A stretch of DNA of 64,000 nt, from the NCBI RefSeq assembly GCF_018977255.1, contig NW_024704742.1:108130001-108194000 (forward strand), read 5' to 3'. The position numbers and the translations under genes are program-made. Positions 63,200 to 64,000 of this stretch are shown here, in pieces. The stretch is from Callorhinchus milii (taxonomy: Eukaryota). Within the stretch, counting starts at the first letter, position 1; each line of letters starts with the position of its first letter. The notes beneath the pieces were generated by a model that had not been told where the DNA came from, did no database searches, and worked only from the letters and a program-made list of their open reading frames with translations.

Positions 63200-64000
63200 T
63201 GTTGCGGAGTGTAATGTCACTTCCTGGCTCCAGTTTCAAATCCGCCAGGTTAGGGTAAGTACATACAATTATCCTTCGTTACCTTGTCCTCCCCTCCCAG
63301 TCTCTGGCACCTAAGACATGACCGCCATCCCACCTCTTCCCCTTCCCAACCTGCGCTGTCTCCTGTAGCCCGCAGGCTGATGATGCTGTCCCGCTGATCG
63401 CTCACTCCCGGTCTCTGCGTGTGCATTTTGGCTGCTGTCCCGACCCAAGCTGCACCTCCTGGAAATGCTCCTCCTCCTACACCCCTCTATCTACTACTCC
63501 CACTCTGTCCTTCTCTCCCACCGCCTTCCCCGCCTTCTCTCTCTCCTGGACCCCACCATTACCTCCTTCTGCTCCAGACTGGGCATCCTCCGCCGAGTCC
63601 ATCGTGGATCCTGTGTTGGTTGTCTCGGAGCAGCCACCCCGATTGTCCCATTGATCACGCACTCTGCCGCAACCGCCTCCGAAAGGCAAACACCCCTTCC
63701 ACCTCCCTCATCCATACCCTCACCAACACTCCCTTAAACTCCACAGTCATTTCTCCCCCACGACCCCAAATCCTCTCCATGCCACTCTCTCCTCCGTCCG
63801 TCCCCACCCGTAACCCCATCTGCATTTCCCTACAAAATGTCCGCTCCCTCTCTAATAAAGCCCTCATTATGTACGATGAGCACATGGATATTCTTGGATA
63901 AGCACATAGATATTCTTGGGCTTATGGAAACTTGGCTCTCCCCCAATGACTCCATCCCCTTAGTTGAAGCCTCCCCTCCTGGCTACACGTTTCACCACAC
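63200..64000 (+). mobile_element. 5' region of an L2 LINE (N-terminal extension and start of APE endonuclease), disrupted, continuing beyond the window
   Basis: LQNVRSLSNKAL and DILGLMETWLSPNDSIPLVEASPPGYTFHH are APE N-terminal motifs. Upstream LGILRRVHRGS resembles the N-terminal extension of fish single-ORF L2s. C-rich composition matches the local L2. The left boundary is uncertain (63200-63400). Confidence 0.85.

Noticed and set aside
63137..63254. Possible exon ending at GG|GTAAGT
   Set aside because: The peptide is unrecognisable, and the segment more likely overlaps the L2 5' end.

Overview
This is AT-rich, non-coding vertebrate DNA (intergenic or deep intronic), not prokaryotic. The repeat mix (abundant L2 LINEs with (GTT)n tails, SacSINE1-like DeuSINEs, a tRNA-Ala/CORE-type SINE, CR1 3' ends with (ATTCTATG)n tails) points to a cartilaginous fish, plausibly a chimaera; this is an inference. 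I found no convincing host exon, RNA gene or CRISPR array. Nearly all ORFs in the track are retroelement debris or chance. The only real protein homology is retrotransposon-derived: (i) a decayed R4/Dong-type RLE non-LTR C-terminus at ~631-1278; (ii) L2 ORF2 pieces, best preserved at 34160-35590 (RT with YADD); (iii) the 5' end and APE endonuclease of an L2 running off the right edge. The most interesting structure is a modular LINE/SINE system: two SINE families with different heads and cores share one 3' region, which ends in the same stem-loop as the local L2. Other points are nested insertions, stuttered 5' junctions, a perfect 30-bp fold-back with a template-switch signature, two unnamed dispersed repeats, and a ~13-kb block poor in young repeats. 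I cannot support a wholly new biological system from sequence alone. Family names come from recalled motifs, not database searches, and most repeat boundaries are approximate.
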